Positions 40,522-51,270 of a DNA stretch of 64,000 bases are shown piece by piece. Numbering within the stretch: position 1 is the first letter of the stretch; each line of letters starts with the position of its first letter. A model generated the notes under the pieces. The model saw nothing but the letters and a program-made list of their open reading frames with translations. It searched no databases and had not been told where the DNA came from. Made by a program: the position numbers and the translations under genes. Source of the stretch: a virus (lineage: Duplodnaviria > Caudoviricetes); IMG/VR virus record IMGVR_UViG_3300031555_003522, positions 143,862-207,861 of that record; one strand, written 5' to 3'.

Positions 40522-41274
40522 ATGGGCAACTATAAGTTTTTCACAAAAGAGGAAGATCAGCTTATCCTGGATAACTATCAGACTATGGGATCTAGAATCA
40601 CAGATCTATTTCCTAATAGATCCAAGGCATCTGTTATGGGACGTGCAAATAAGTTAGGAGTTCATATCAGCAAAACTGTTTCTGATTGGACAAATGAGGA
40701 AGAAGATATCCTTAGAAAGCACTATCCTAAAATTGGAGTTAAGGTAATAGATATGCTACCGAATAGAAGCGAGTATGCTATTAAAAATCGCGCTTCAGTT
40801 TTAAAGATTAAAGGTCCTTCTGCATGGACCAAGGAAGAAGATTATCAGATAAGAAAGCATAATATGGAAATTAGTAAAGAACTGATGGAATTGCTTCCTG
40901 GTAGATCTGAAGGTGCTATAAGAATTAGAATTAAGCAACTTCAGACCGCTAAATTGACATCTAATAAAGATAAATATACTTATATGAGTTATCCTCTCAA
41001 TATTTATATATTGGTATTTGGAACTCATAAAGGATATGATAAAATCTATCCTGAATTTGATAGCATAATTACTAAGCATCTTGATGCGATTATTAAGCAT
41101 AATCCCGATAAAATTGATTATGCAACCAAGATGGTAGAAGCATTTGATTTGAGGTTTAAGAAGCATCTCCCGGCATATGATATTTCAAGGGAACTAAATA
41201 TATCTGAAGATATGGTAAATAAACTTTGTGTACAATGCATCAATATCTTTAAACGCACAATGGTTAAACACTAA
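40522..41274 (+). CDS. DNA-binding protein with three Myb/SANT-like repeats and a C-terminal HTH
   Basis: (F/W)TxEE..I...Y......L.(N/G)RS..(A/S)(I/V)..R x3; C-terminal AFDLRF..YDISRELNISE..V sigma4-like HTH. Confidence 0.7.
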   Translation: MGNYKFFTKEEDQLILDNYQTMGSRITDLFPNRSKASVMGRANKLGVHISKTVSDWTNEEEDILRKHYPKIGVKVIDMLPNRSEYAIKNRASVLKIKGPSAWTKEEDYQIRKHNMEISKELMELLPGRSEGAIRIRIKQLQTAKLTSNKDKYTYMSYPLNIYILVFGTHKGYDKIYPEFDSIITKHLDAIIKHNPDKIDYATKMVEAFDLRFKKHLPAYDISRELNISEDMVNKLCVQCINIFKRTMVKH

Positions 41275-41340
41275 TATGATAAAAGGCTCTGAAAGGGGCC
41301 TTTTATTTTTTATTAAATAAAAAATATTAAACTTATGTAT

Positions 41341-41703
41341 AAGAGAGTAATCACGATATATTGAGCAAGACATTCAGGGCTTGGGAGATATATACTTTTT
41401 AAAATATATAGGAAGTGGTGAGCCTGTATATTTTTCAGATTACTCTTTCATTCTTTATTGTGCGTGGAGAACACAATAAAGAGATGAGGCGAAATGATTA
41501 TGGAGTATAATGATGAAAGGATCTTTTATACAAGATCCGGATTATTACAGATGCCTGATCAGCATCTGTAATAATTTTTGTTTTAATCATCTTAACATAT
41601 CATTGAGCTGAATTATGGTGGATATTTGGTTTGGCATGGTTGAAATTTCCTTTCGTAAAATGAGTCTAGTGTCTTTTTAGGCACTAGACTCATATCTTTT
41701 TAT
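41341..41703 (+). ncRNA. Candidate late-transcribed structured ncRNA (~360 nt)
   Basis: AACT-N6-TA motif puts +1 at 41341, the start of a long closing stem; at least 5 hairpins; G.U pairs valid only on +; ends in a terminator; no ORF in the track. Confidence 0.55.
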
Positions 41704-41813
41704 AGACGTATATTATATTCACGAGTATATTACAAATTAATCTAATTCTCCACAATAAAATAAATGAGAGCATTTGTAGTGTACTCATTAAAAATATTAA
41801 AGGAGAAATTGAC

Positions 41814-42581
41814 ATGAAAAAGAATCACAAATGCAAAAATCCTAATGGATGTACTTGCGATAATAACCATGAAAATGAGGTTACTATTGTAGAAATGCAT
41901 CCTGCAATTCCTACAGCCATTAATGGCGATAATAATGGCTATGATCCCAATCGTCCCTATGCTATTCCTGTAACGTGTGTTGAATGCTTTGGTGCACATT
42001 CTAATGCTCAGCCGATTTGTATACCTGATAAATATTGGGGTAATCTCGACAGCCATGTGGAATATATGGCTGGACATTTGGAAGATACAACTCGGCTAAT
42101 TAGATATATGGGTAGAAGTTTTGGTGCACCAGATTCTTATGTATGTACTAAGGATAACAAACTTGGTTATGGAGTAACTAATCCGGCTTCTGGACGTTTT
42201 ATGTATGGTATGGAGTTTGGTGGTAGTGATGATACTCTTCCTGTTGATACCGTTATTACATTTACAGAAAATAATGGTTTGCGCCATGCTGCAATGAATA
42301 GTAATGATGAGATTATTGATCTCGGCCCTGTAACCAACCCTGTAGTTATTGGCCCCAGAAGCCACCCTCAGGCACTGGTAGTTCCTATGGCAAATATCTC
42401 TGCTGTTACTAAAGCTGAAGATATGCTGTATAATGCTATTATAAACCATATTGAAGATCAGTCTGCTAATCCTTGTCCTAGAATTGAAGAAAATAAGAAA
42501 TTGGAAAAGGTAGCAGATTCTAAATGCATTCATACTCTTCCTATGGTTAAGCATTTTGAAGAAGACAAATTACCTTTCTGA
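41814..42581 (+). CDS. Hypothetical late protein (Cys/His/Pro-rich N-terminus)
   Basis: 255 aa, AAGGAG RBS. Confidence 0.65.
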   Translation: MKKNHKCKNPNGCTCDNNHENEVTIVEMHPAIPTAINGDNNGYDPNRPYAIPVTCVECFGAHSNAQPICIPDKYWGNLDSHVEYMAGHLEDTTRLIRYMGRSFGAPDSYVCTKDNKLGYGVTNPASGRFMYGMEFGGSDDTLPVDTVITFTENNGLRHAAMNSNDEIIDLGPVTNPVVIGPRSHPQALVVPMANISAVTKAEDMLYNAIINHIEDQSANPCPRIEENKKLEKVADSKCIHTLPMVKHFEEDKLPF

Positions 42582-42705
42582 TATAAACTATATAAGAGAG
42601 AGCTATATGGCTCTCTCTTATTTTTTTTTCTAATTGATCCTGGTTTCTATTAATTAGGCTCTAACTTATAAATAAATTAATCATAAAAGGCAGGTAAGTG
42701 TAAAT

Positions 42706-45159
42706 ATGAGAATGATTACAATCCATGATATGCAAAGACGAATTAATGGTCTTCGCGAATTAGAATCTGAATCTACACTTTCAAATACTACCTTTATAGA
42801 AAGTGCTAATGCTCTTTCTAAATCCGGAAGATCTCAAGATATAGTAAGACTTATAGAGAGTATGGCTAAATCTTCTTCCGACATACCATTTAGATATTAT
42901 ATGAAATTATACGATGCACTACTTGAGCAAGGAAGTATGAGTATTTCCAAGAAAATGGCTGGATTTGTAAATAATGAGGTTATGCCTAAGGTTAGAGATG
43001 CTATGCAGACACTACATCTTATTCATAGACGGCTTGGCAAAACCAAGTCTAAAGCTGGTAATACTTCTTATATCCATAAATCTCAAGAAAACCTACAAAC
43101 CTCTATTACTTCTCCTCTCACTTCCACAGGCCAGCTATATACTCCTCCCGGAAGTACTGTTCATGTTAGTCATCAGGCCGATGAGGTTGCAAATGAAGCA
43201 TATCAAGCTATGTATGATAGCTTGTTTATTTATTCTCATTGCGATAGAGTTCTCGAAAATTATGATAGAATTTCTAAAAGATTCAATTTAGAGATGCTCT
43301 TTAATGAGAATACTAGACAAAATGATGTTTATGATACTGTAGTAGAATTATGTGGATTTATTGATACATACAATATGCCTACAGATATTAAATTTAATAC
43401 AGTAATAGAAACTGCATGGTATGGATTTGAATCCAATACTATCGATTATGAAAGAAAAGATATTCTAGAAGCTGCTGTAGAATATTTTGCTTTTAAGGAA
43501 AATGGAATATCTGCATGTAGGGAGATTATCGAAACTACTTTATTCTTTGATAAAGATGAAGATACTAAGAATATCGATATTCTTATGGAAGAAGAACCTG
43601 AAGAGGATACTAAACCTAGTATAAGTGAATCTGTAATGAATTATTGTATTCATATTACGGAGACTATGAATACTAAAACGGATGAAGTAGACTTTGATAA
43701 AATATTTGCAGATTTTAAGAAAAAAGAATTAAATGATGATGCTACAAAAAACAATAAGCTTAAGAATTTGGTTACCAGATTGTATTCTAAGAATGTATCT
43801 AATATAGTTGGAGAAACACCAAAATTCTTCAGATGGATAAGATCTTTCTTTATTATAGGATCTGCAACCGTACCTGTAATAGGCCCTGTTCTTATGGCTG
43901 TAAGTTATATAGCAGATAGATGTATCACTCTAAGTCTTGAAAGAAAAGAAGTAGAACAAATGGTAATCTGTTTCAATAAAGAAATAGAAAGCTCTAAGGC
44001 TAAGCTTGCTTCCACTAAAGATGAACAAACCAGAGAAAGACTTGAGAAATATATCGAAACTCTTACTGAAGCATCTTACAAGATTAAAAATTACTATAAT
44101 GATCTATTTGATGGCAATGAAGACCATCCTGACCCTGATGATCTTGGTACCGAGAAACAGGATGATGAGTGGTTTGTAAATGAAGCTCTTATTAATAAAA
44201 TCGCTAATATGCTCGAAAAAGAATATGAGCATATTGGGGTTAAGAATAATGTACTTAATGAAGATACTATTTATAGATTGATAAGATTTGGTAAGATAGC
44301 TAATGATGATATAGTCAATATTGCTACGGCTGCTGCCAAGTTCCCCAGCGCATTCTATAAAGACACTGTAACTAAAGCAATTAGAGATTCTATTGAAGAT
44401 ATCGATAATGGAACAAAAGAATTTGATACTACTATAGATAAATATATTGCTGTTGATAATCTGAATACTTCTTTTAATATATTAAAGAATACAGATCCTG
44501 TTCCTGAAACAGAAAATCTGAATGAGGCTATATTAAATGCTGAGTGTATTTTAGAAGCAAATTCTGCTATTTGTACTCTTATTAATAATATGGAAGACAA
44601 TAGGGGATCTATGCTAGAGGCATCCTTCCTAAATACTCTTAGAATGGCTTCTATGAAACTTAAGAATGCCATGACAAAAGCTAATGATAGAGAAAGATCT
44701 ATGTCTAAAAATCTTGATGCTGCTGTAAACAATCTTACAAAGGGAGTAGAAAGAGCTCTAACAAATGATAACAGAGAAGCTGTTGTCAAAGGAACCTTCT
44801 TACCTTCTGCATCTAAGGTTATTAAGATTTGCTTATCTATTGCAGCTATTGGTGGATCTATAGGTTTAGCCACTGGCACTGCAGTATATGGTATTGCTGC
44901 TGCTGTTATTTCTCTTATTGGATATATTGGTTGTAGCGCTAAATTTAAAGCCAAGGAACGACAAATGGTTATCGATGAAATAGAAATAGAGTTGAAAATC
45001 TGTAAGAAATATATTGAAATTGCTGAAAGCAAGAACGATATGAAAGCTCTTAGAGAACTTTTATCTATTCAGAGAAATCTTGAACGTCAGCTACAACGTA
45101 TTAAATATAAGATGAAGGTAAACTTTGGCCAGAAATACTACGATTCTAAAGCAGATTGA
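42706..45159 (+). CDS. Large virion (inner head) structural protein
   Basis: 817 aa upstream of the capsid gene; multiple xxE-A/S sites; two hydrophobic-helix + coiled-coil modules. Confidence 0.6.
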   Translation: MRMITIHDMQRRINGLRELESESTLSNTTFIESANALSKSGRSQDIVRLIESMAKSSSDIPFRYYMKLYDALLEQGSMSISKKMAGFVNNEVMPKVRDAMQTLHLIHRRLGKTKSKAGNTSYIHKSQENLQTSITSPLTSTGQLYTPPGSTVHVSHQADEVANEAYQAMYDSLFIYSHCDRVLENYDRISKRFNLEMLFNENTRQNDVYDTVVELCGFIDTYNMPTDIKFNTVIETAWYGFESNTIDYERKDILEAAVEYFAFKENGISACREIIETTLFFDKDEDTKNIDILMEEEPEEDTKPSISESVMNYCIHITETMNTKTDEVDFDKIFADFKKKELNDDATKNNKLKNLVTRLYSKNVSNIVGETPKFFRWIRSFFIIGSATVPVIGPVLMAVSYIADRCITLSLERKEVEQMVICFNKEIESSKAKLASTKDEQTRERLEKYIETLTEASYKIKNYYNDLFDGNEDHPDPDDLGTEKQDDEWFVNEALINKIANMLEKEYEHIGVKNNVLNEDTIYRLIRFGKIANDDIVNIATAAAKFPSAFYKDTVTKAIRDSIEDIDNGTKEFDTTIDKYIAVDNLNTSFNILKNTDPVPETENLNEAILNAECILEANSAICTLINNMEDNRGSMLEASFLNTLRMASMKLKNAMTKANDRERSMSKNLDAAVNNLTKGVERALTNDNREAVVKGTFLPSASKVIKICLSIAAIGGSIGLATGTAVYGIAAAVISLIGYIGCSAKFKAKERQMVIDEIEIELKICKKYIEIAESKNDMKALRELLSIQRNLERQLQRIKYKMKVNFGQKYYDSKAD

Positions 45160-45248
45160 TAAATAAAATAATGGGAGAGTGACTAACTCTCCCATTTTCT
45201 TTTTGATCGTGCAACATTCAAATAATTAAAATGATAGGAGGTATTCCT

Positions 45249-45905
45249 ATGGCTGGATTCTTTGCAGCTAAATTTGGCATTTTCAGAGAAGTTGAAACCG
45301 AGCCAGATCCTAACGCACAGCAGCCTCAAGTACAGGAGCAGCAACCTGCTCAAGAGCCTGAGCAACAGCAGCAGGATCAACAGGGATTGGAACAACCTGC
45401 TGAAAATCCAGAACAGAATTCTAATCAGCAAGATCAGGGCGAACAATCTCAGAATGGTGGAGATACTCTACAGGATATAAATCCTGCTGAAGATCCCTCT
45501 ACCGAGCCTGATCCTGGTCAAGATCCTCAAACTTCTGATCAAAATCAACCTGAGGAAAAGGTTGATGAGATTAAAGAAAAAGAAGAGGAAATCTATTCAA
45601 ATTTAACACCAGAGCAATTAGATATAAAGCATAAAGAGCTCAAATCTCAATTTTTAGCAATGTTTGATATGACAACTGAAATTGTACAGAGAATAAACAA
45701 TATAGCTCTAGATGCAAAGGATGTTCCTGTTGTTGAATATGTATCTAATAATTTGTCTAAATTAAGAAAAATGATTACAGATTATATGCAGTCTGTATAT
45801 AAAACTAAATCTTATACTGAGAATTATATAAATTATAATAGATTCCTTGCTACATTGAATGGAATAAGTAAAATTCTTGAAGAAATTAACAAAAACGAGG
45901 ATTAA
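45249..45905 (+). CDS. Head-associated protein, Q/E/P-rich (possible scaffold)
   Basis: ATG at 45249 after AGGAGG; AACA-N6-TA; directly before the capsid gene. Confidence 0.6.
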   Translation: MAGFFAAKFGIFREVETEPDPNAQQPQVQEQQPAQEPEQQQQDQQGLEQPAENPEQNSNQQDQGEQSQNGGDTLQDINPAEDPSTEPDPGQDPQTSDQNQPEEKVDEIKEKEEEIYSNLTPEQLDIKHKELKSQFLAMFDMTTEIVQRINNIALDAKDVPVVEYVSNNLSKLRKMITDYMQSVYKTKSYTENYINYNRFLATLNGISKILEEINKNED

Positions 45906-45932
45906 TTTAGTCCTTACAATTCAAGGAATTAT

Positions 45933-45944
45933 AACATCATGGTA
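45933..45944 (+). promoter_or_regulatory. Late promoter AACA-N6-TA (major capsid)
   Basis: AACA TCATGG TA. Confidence 0.65.
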
Positions 45945-46023
45945 AAATATTGTCCCTTGTGACGTATTTACAGATACAATCTCTATATTTTATTAAGCTT
46001 AGTAAGAAAGGAGCATAAATATT

Positions 46024-47811
46024 ATGCCTATTGTTGGTAATCGCAAGTCTACTGTATCGATGGGTAATCATTATGGTTATGATGCCCTTCATGCATATGC
46101 AGAGAGCTTCCGTGAGTGCGCCAATGAGATTCGTCACGAAGGTGTTGACCTGTTCATTGAGCCTCATAAGGCCCTTATGCTGCCCGCAACCCGTAACGCT
46201 CTGAAGAACTTCTATGTCGAAAATTGCTTCGATCAGAACGAGTTCACTAAGACCGATCCTGGCCATGCTGCCGCACTGGCCGAAGATGCTCGCCTGATGG
46301 CTGAAGCTCAGTTCGAGAACGATCTGGACGCTATCAACGAGCATACCAACCTGGCTGCCGCTAACCCTGTTATCGGTATGACCTTCCCCCTGCACAAGAA
46401 TATCATGATGAACAACGTCTTCGACAAGGGTGCTATTCCCAAGTTCGTTGCACGTGAGCCCAAGTTCACCATCTCCATGGAGAAGCGCATTCTGGTTACT
46501 CCCGAGGGTGAAGAGATCGATATGTTCAAGGAACAGTATCGGATCCGCGATGCTATCGCCGCTACCGCTCCCTATCATGTTCTTGAGCTGACCCTGCCCC
46601 AGACCGACGGCCAGACCGACGTTCTGCTGGCTTGTGGTGGTACTGATGGTGACAACCTGTCCATCGATACCTATATCTCCGCTGTTAAGGTTACTGGCGT
46701 GACCCTGGCTGCTGGCGATATCAACCCCGAAACTGGCCTGCCTGTTGATGCTGAAGGTCAGTACGACTTCTGGATGCCCGTCAACCTGAAGTTTGCCCCC
46801 TCTTATGGTGAGATCGATCGCGCTATCGTCGAAGAAGTCCAGCTGACTGCTCGCGATGCTGCTGATACCACCAAGACTGTCGTTATGAAGGACGTTATTA
46901 CCGGTTACATGCGGAACAACAAGTTTATGCTGGCTGCTTCCACTGGTCTGGTTTCTGCCGTTCGTCTGAGCGCCCGTCTGGATACCTCCAGCGCTATGGT
47001 CAAGACCTGCTCTGTCCGCTGGAAGGTTAATACCGATATCGTTGAAATCGGTTCTGCTATCCCTGTTAACACCACTGTCTCTCCCGAGGAAGTCAAGGAT
47101 CTGGGTGCACTGTACAATGTTAACCAGCTGTCCAAGATTCTGTCCCTGATGAAGACTGTTCTGGGTGAGTACAAGGATGGCGAGATCAAGAAGCATCTGG
47201 ATAACTCTTTCATGACTATGCCTGCTTCTAACAAGATCGCTACCACTTTCGACTTCGCTCCTCGTCAGGGCTACGCTCTGGACCACGTCGAGTGGCGTTA
47301 TAAGACCTTCATGGACTTCCTGGATTCTGTCACCACTGGCATGTTCCAGGTCCTGAATGATCCCAACATGACTGTCACCATCTTTGGTGCTCCCGAGCTG
47401 GTTCGTAAGATTACTCCTACCGAGTACACCTACCAGACTCCTTCCAATATCGGTCCTGTTGAGCTGGACTTCGTTAAGACCGTCGTTACTTCCGACAAGC
47501 GCGTCTATCAGTTCATCTCTTCCGATAAGCTGCGTGGTAACAACAATCTGATCATCGTTCTGTGCCCCCGCAATACCAACCGTATTGTTTACCGCATCTA
47601 CGACTATCAGATGTACGTTTCCAACGAGATCCGTAACATGAACAATCCTGCTCTGCCCGCTATCCATGCGTTCGAACGCTGGAAGTTCGTCGAGTATCAG
47701 CCTGTTCAGGGTCGTATCCAGATTAAGCATCCCACTGGTCTGACCGAGATCGCTCCCAATGAGGATCCCATCGGCGGTCAGTACATGAGTGACTTTAATC
47801 TGCTGAAGTAA
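46024..47811 (+). CDS. Major capsid protein precursor
   Basis: 595 aa; very strong codon bias; N-terminal propeptide-like segment ending about AINE; own promoter and terminator; in the head cluster. Confidence 0.8.
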   Translation: MPIVGNRKSTVSMGNHYGYDALHAYAESFRECANEIRHEGVDLFIEPHKALMLPATRNALKNFYVENCFDQNEFTKTDPGHAAALAEDARLMAEAQFENDLDAINEHTNLAAANPVIGMTFPLHKNIMMNNVFDKGAIPKFVAREPKFTISMEKRILVTPEGEEIDMFKEQYRIRDAIAATAPYHVLELTLPQTDGQTDVLLACGGTDGDNLSIDTYISAVKVTGVTLAAGDINPETGLPVDAEGQYDFWMPVNLKFAPSYGEIDRAIVEEVQLTARDAADTTKTVVMKDVITGYMRNNKFMLAASTGLVSAVRLSARLDTSSAMVKTCSVRWKVNTDIVEIGSAIPVNTTVSPEEVKDLGALYNVNQLSKILSLMKTVLGEYKDGEIKKHLDNSFMTMPASNKIATTFDFAPRQGYALDHVEWRYKTFMDFLDSVTTGMFQVLNDPNMTVTIFGAPELVRKITPTEYTYQTPSNIGPVELDFVKTVVTSDKRVYQFISSDKLRGNNNLIIVLCPRNTNRIVYRIYDYQMYVSNEIRNMNNPALPAIHAFERWKFVEYQPVQGRIQIKHPTGLTEIAPNEDPIGGQYMSDFNLLK

Positions 47812-47920
47812 TTCCTTCTGTGTAAATAACGAGGAGAGCTCTACTTGGAGCTCTCCTCAATCTTTTATACTTCCAACTATTAAGTAAGATTTTAAAACTC
47901 TTAATGGAGGGATATTTATA

Positions 47921-49093
47921 ATGGAAAAGATCCTTTATGATTTCAGTGGTTTTACTGAAGCTTTAACAAATATGATCACATCTGGTACAGCAACCAGCGA
48001 GAATCTTGCTATGTTAAAGAATGAATTAAACAAATTCTTTAAAGATTCTACTTGTAAAGAAGTTCTCTTTACCACAAATACAGACAAAATGTTCTTCGGC
48101 ATCAAACTCATTCCTGTTATCGATGCTGATGATATTTATGATTATCTCGTAGATGATGAACCTCAGCGCATTACTAAGTATCTTATGGAGATTGATTCTA
48201 AGCTTCTTGATCCTATTATGGCCTTGAGTGCTGCTGAGATTATGGCAATCATTATGTATGAGGTAAGCCATTTGATAGGAACATCTGAGCCTATTGAGAA
48301 TGCTAGAGACGCTTTACATGCATATCTTGCTTCTAATAAAGAGCATATTAAGGTTACACAGTCCATTCATTATAAGGAAATCTTAGCATATGGATTAAAG
48401 GATTATTTGTCCAAGAGTGCATCTCTATTTTATGAATCCGATCCTTCTAAGATTACAGGCGATGAATTCTGCTTTATGCATAATCATGGAGATGAGCTTT
48501 ATAGTGCATATTCTAAGATAAGTAAGAATAATATCAAACTCTATGAGAATTGTGAGATAAGCAAATTCATTACATTTGGTTGGACATTGTCTCTTTATAA
48601 GAATATCCGTATTCGTAGAATTGGTTCTTTGAAGACTCTTGGCAGAGCCAAGCAATTGACTGGATCTCGTTTAGAGAAAATGGAAATTGATAATGTGATT
48701 CGTAGAATTAACAGAATTGATGATGATGCTATCTTAGAAGCATCTGGTACAATGGAAACTGTGCGTATTAAGATGCGCGAAAAGATGAGAAAGCATCGCA
48801 TTAATAATCTGCGTACTATCGATAGTTCTTACTATGAACTGAATATGCAGGTTAGAAATGTTGAGGATGAGAATGATGCTCTTTATCTTATGCGTCAGAT
48901 CAATACCAATATTGCCATTATAGATGAATATCGTAATTCTCCCGATTGTGATGATGTGGAAAAGGCTAAGTGGGATCAGGCTATGGATAAATTCGTTCAG
49001 CTTCGTGATAAGCTCTCTTCTACAACTGTCTACAAGAATAAGAATTATGGTCTCTTTGTCAACTATCCTGATATAGTCGAAAATAGATATTAA
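47921..49093 (+). CDS. Virion protein with a degenerate zincin motif (YEVSH)
   Basis: 390 aa; EIMAIIMYEVSHL in HExxH context; late promoter. Confidence 0.55.
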   Translation: MEKILYDFSGFTEALTNMITSGTATSENLAMLKNELNKFFKDSTCKEVLFTTNTDKMFFGIKLIPVIDADDIYDYLVDDEPQRITKYLMEIDSKLLDPIMALSAAEIMAIIMYEVSHLIGTSEPIENARDALHAYLASNKEHIKVTQSIHYKEILAYGLKDYLSKSASLFYESDPSKITGDEFCFMHNHGDELYSAYSKISKNNIKLYENCEISKFITFGWTLSLYKNIRIRRIGSLKTLGRAKQLTGSRLEKMEIDNVIRRINRIDDDAILEASGTMETVRIKMREKMRKHRINNLRTIDSSYYELNMQVRNVEDENDALYLMRQINTNIAIIDEYRNSPDCDDVEKAKWDQAMDKFVQLRDKLSSTTVYKNKNYGLFVNYPDIVENRY

Positions 49094-49212
49094 CTATATC
49101 AATGATATTACATAAACCTCTTTCTTTAATTCGTTTTTCGGATTATCTTTCTCCTTAGCATGTAATATCAAAAAGAAACAGCTAGAGATTCAATCTCTAG
49201 CTGTTTTTATTT

Positions 49213-49599
49213 TTATTCTGTATATGGTGCTATAACTCTTGGTTTGGTAATATCTCCTCCGACAAATACTATTATCCATTTAGATCCACTTGGTATAAAC
49301 CTATCGTCATCTGCAATATAGAACATAGAGCATACCTCTCTCGGAATCTTAATAGTAATATAATTACTTACGCTCAATGTCTCTATTTCTATATTTTTAT
49401 TCTTATTCATTAGACTACTTTTATTTTGATGAATCTTAGATTCAATTAAACGAGAGTTATCCATATTTGGAGTTAATACAGGGATTATAAATTTTACCTC
49501 ACCAGGGTTAAGTCTATCTATTTGTTGCATAGCTATTCCTATTTCAGGATATCTGAGATCCATATTATCATAAAAATTTATAATAGAATCCATAATCAT
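49213..49599 (-). CDS. Baseplate hub/spike OB-fold protein (T4 gp5 N-terminal-like)
   Basis: VKFIIPVL..IPSGSKWIIVFVGGDITKPRVIA pattern. Confidence 0.5.
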   Translation of the reverse strand: MIMDSIINFYDNMDLRYPEIGIAMQQIDRLNPGEVKFIIPVLTPNMDNSRLIESKIHQNKSSLMNKNKNIEIETLSVSNYITIKIPREVCSMFYIADDDRFIPSGSKWIIVFVGGDITKPRVIAPYTE

Positions 49600-49725
49600 T
49601 TCACCTCTTATTTGTAAGTTAAATTTTGTAATTAATACCTTCTATAACTTTAAAAGTAATAATATATTATATTTGAGATAATAAAAATATTATCATAAAA
49701 ATAAATTTAAAAGGAGAATTTAATT

Positions 49726-51213
49726 ATGCTTTGTTGTTATCATCATACTGATATGGATGGAAAGAGTGCAGCTTATGTAATCCATCGTAATAAGCCTGAT
49801 ATGATTGAGGATTCACCTTATGGATACATCCCTACAAATTATGGGGATAATTTTGATAAACATACGGAAAAAGATGATGTATTCATCGTAGATGTCTCCA
49901 TTTCTGAAGGGGATTATAGTAAATTAATCAATACTTGTAAGACTGCTAGAAGTGTTACTTGGATTGACCATCATGCTACATCCCTTCAGACTATCGCCAA
50001 GCATAAAGAAGAACTTCAGCGTACTTCTAACCTCACCTATTTTGTTTCTACTTGTGCATGTGGTGCTGCATTAGCATATGCATATTTACATATCCCTCAG
50101 AAAGATCTAATGGATATCAGAAACACTTCTGAAGATGAGTTTTATAACATTGAAGCAGAATATAAGAACGGCACAATCTGCTTAATTATGAGCAAGCGCA
50201 ATATCAAGTCTGAAAGTCATCCTGCATACAAATGGTATGACTACGAATTTACTCTTCCTCGTTGGTTATACCATGTGGATGATTTTGATTGCTGGAAAAA
50301 GTTAAATACTAATAGCGATCTTCTTAAATTGGCTTTTGATGCCTGTGATACAAGGTTTACCAAACCTGATGCTGATAATAGGGATACTAGAATTTTCAAT
50401 AATTTCTATGAAAATCTTAATAGTAATCCTAATTGTGTGGGCGATTTGATTAAGAATGGCCGTCATATTCATAAGTATATTCATTCTAAATATTCTTCTG
50501 AGTTAGGAGATTGCTTTGAATGGGAACGTGATGGTGTTAAATTCCTTTGTAAAAATGGTCGAGATAATTCTTGGGAATTTAAGCATAAGATTAAAGAATA
50601 TCCCGCATGTATCTTATTCCATTATTCTGGAAAGACTGGTATGTGGAGTTATTCTGTATATTCTGATGAATCTTCCACTTTTGATTGTAGTGCATTTGCT
50701 GCTAAATTCGGAGGTGGAGGTCATGTTCACGCATCTGGATTCTCCACTAAATATCTTATCTTCACTACAGCTAAAGAACAGGAAAAGGCTAAGTTATCTA
50801 ATACTATTTTCCTTGGAGGAACTTGTGGAGAAGATACATGGAGACAGAGATTTATTAAATATTGGAAAAATTCCTATATTGGAGAAGAAGATATTGAACT
50901 CTTCAATCCCGTTGTTGAGGAATGGACTGATGAATGTCGTTTGAAGGAAGACAAAGTCAAAGCTACAGCTCGTATTAATTTGTTTGTCATTACTCCTGAA
51001 CAATCTGGTCCCTATTCCTTTGTAGAAGCAGTAGAATCTGCTATTACATTACCTGGTAAAACCATGCTTCTTATTTATAATGATGAAACAACTGGTGCAA
51101 AAGTTGCAAAATCTGTTGATGCTGTTGGTGCAAGAGTAGTAGCCAATGGTGGTATTTTTAAAAGATATGATAGTATGCAATTGCTCGTAAATGATGTAAT
51201 TGATGCTCTCTAA
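49726..51213 (+). CDS. DHH/DHHA1 phosphoesterase fused to a nucleoside 2-deoxyribosyltransferase-like domain
   Basis: HTDMDG, IVDVS, WIDHH, GGGGHVHASGF; C-terminal IFLGGTC..WR..FNPVVEEW..LFVITP..S..E. Confidence 0.8.
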   Translation: MLCCYHHTDMDGKSAAYVIHRNKPDMIEDSPYGYIPTNYGDNFDKHTEKDDVFIVDVSISEGDYSKLINTCKTARSVTWIDHHATSLQTIAKHKEELQRTSNLTYFVSTCACGAALAYAYLHIPQKDLMDIRNTSEDEFYNIEAEYKNGTICLIMSKRNIKSESHPAYKWYDYEFTLPRWLYHVDDFDCWKKLNTNSDLLKLAFDACDTRFTKPDADNRDTRIFNNFYENLNSNPNCVGDLIKNGRHIHKYIHSKYSSELGDCFEWERDGVKFLCKNGRDNSWEFKHKIKEYPACILFHYSGKTGMWSYSVYSDESSTFDCSAFAAKFGGGGHVHASGFSTKYLIFTTAKEQEKAKLSNTIFLGGTCGEDTWRQRFIKYWKNSYIGEEDIELFNPVVEEWTDECRLKEDKVKATARINLFVITPEQSGPYSFVEAVESAITLPGKTMLLIYNDETTGAKVAKSVDAVGARVVANGGIFKRYDSMQLLVNDVIDAL

Positions 51214-51270
51214 ATAAGTCTTAAATGCCTAGCAAACAATCGAATAAGATTATAAAAGGAGGAAAAAACC

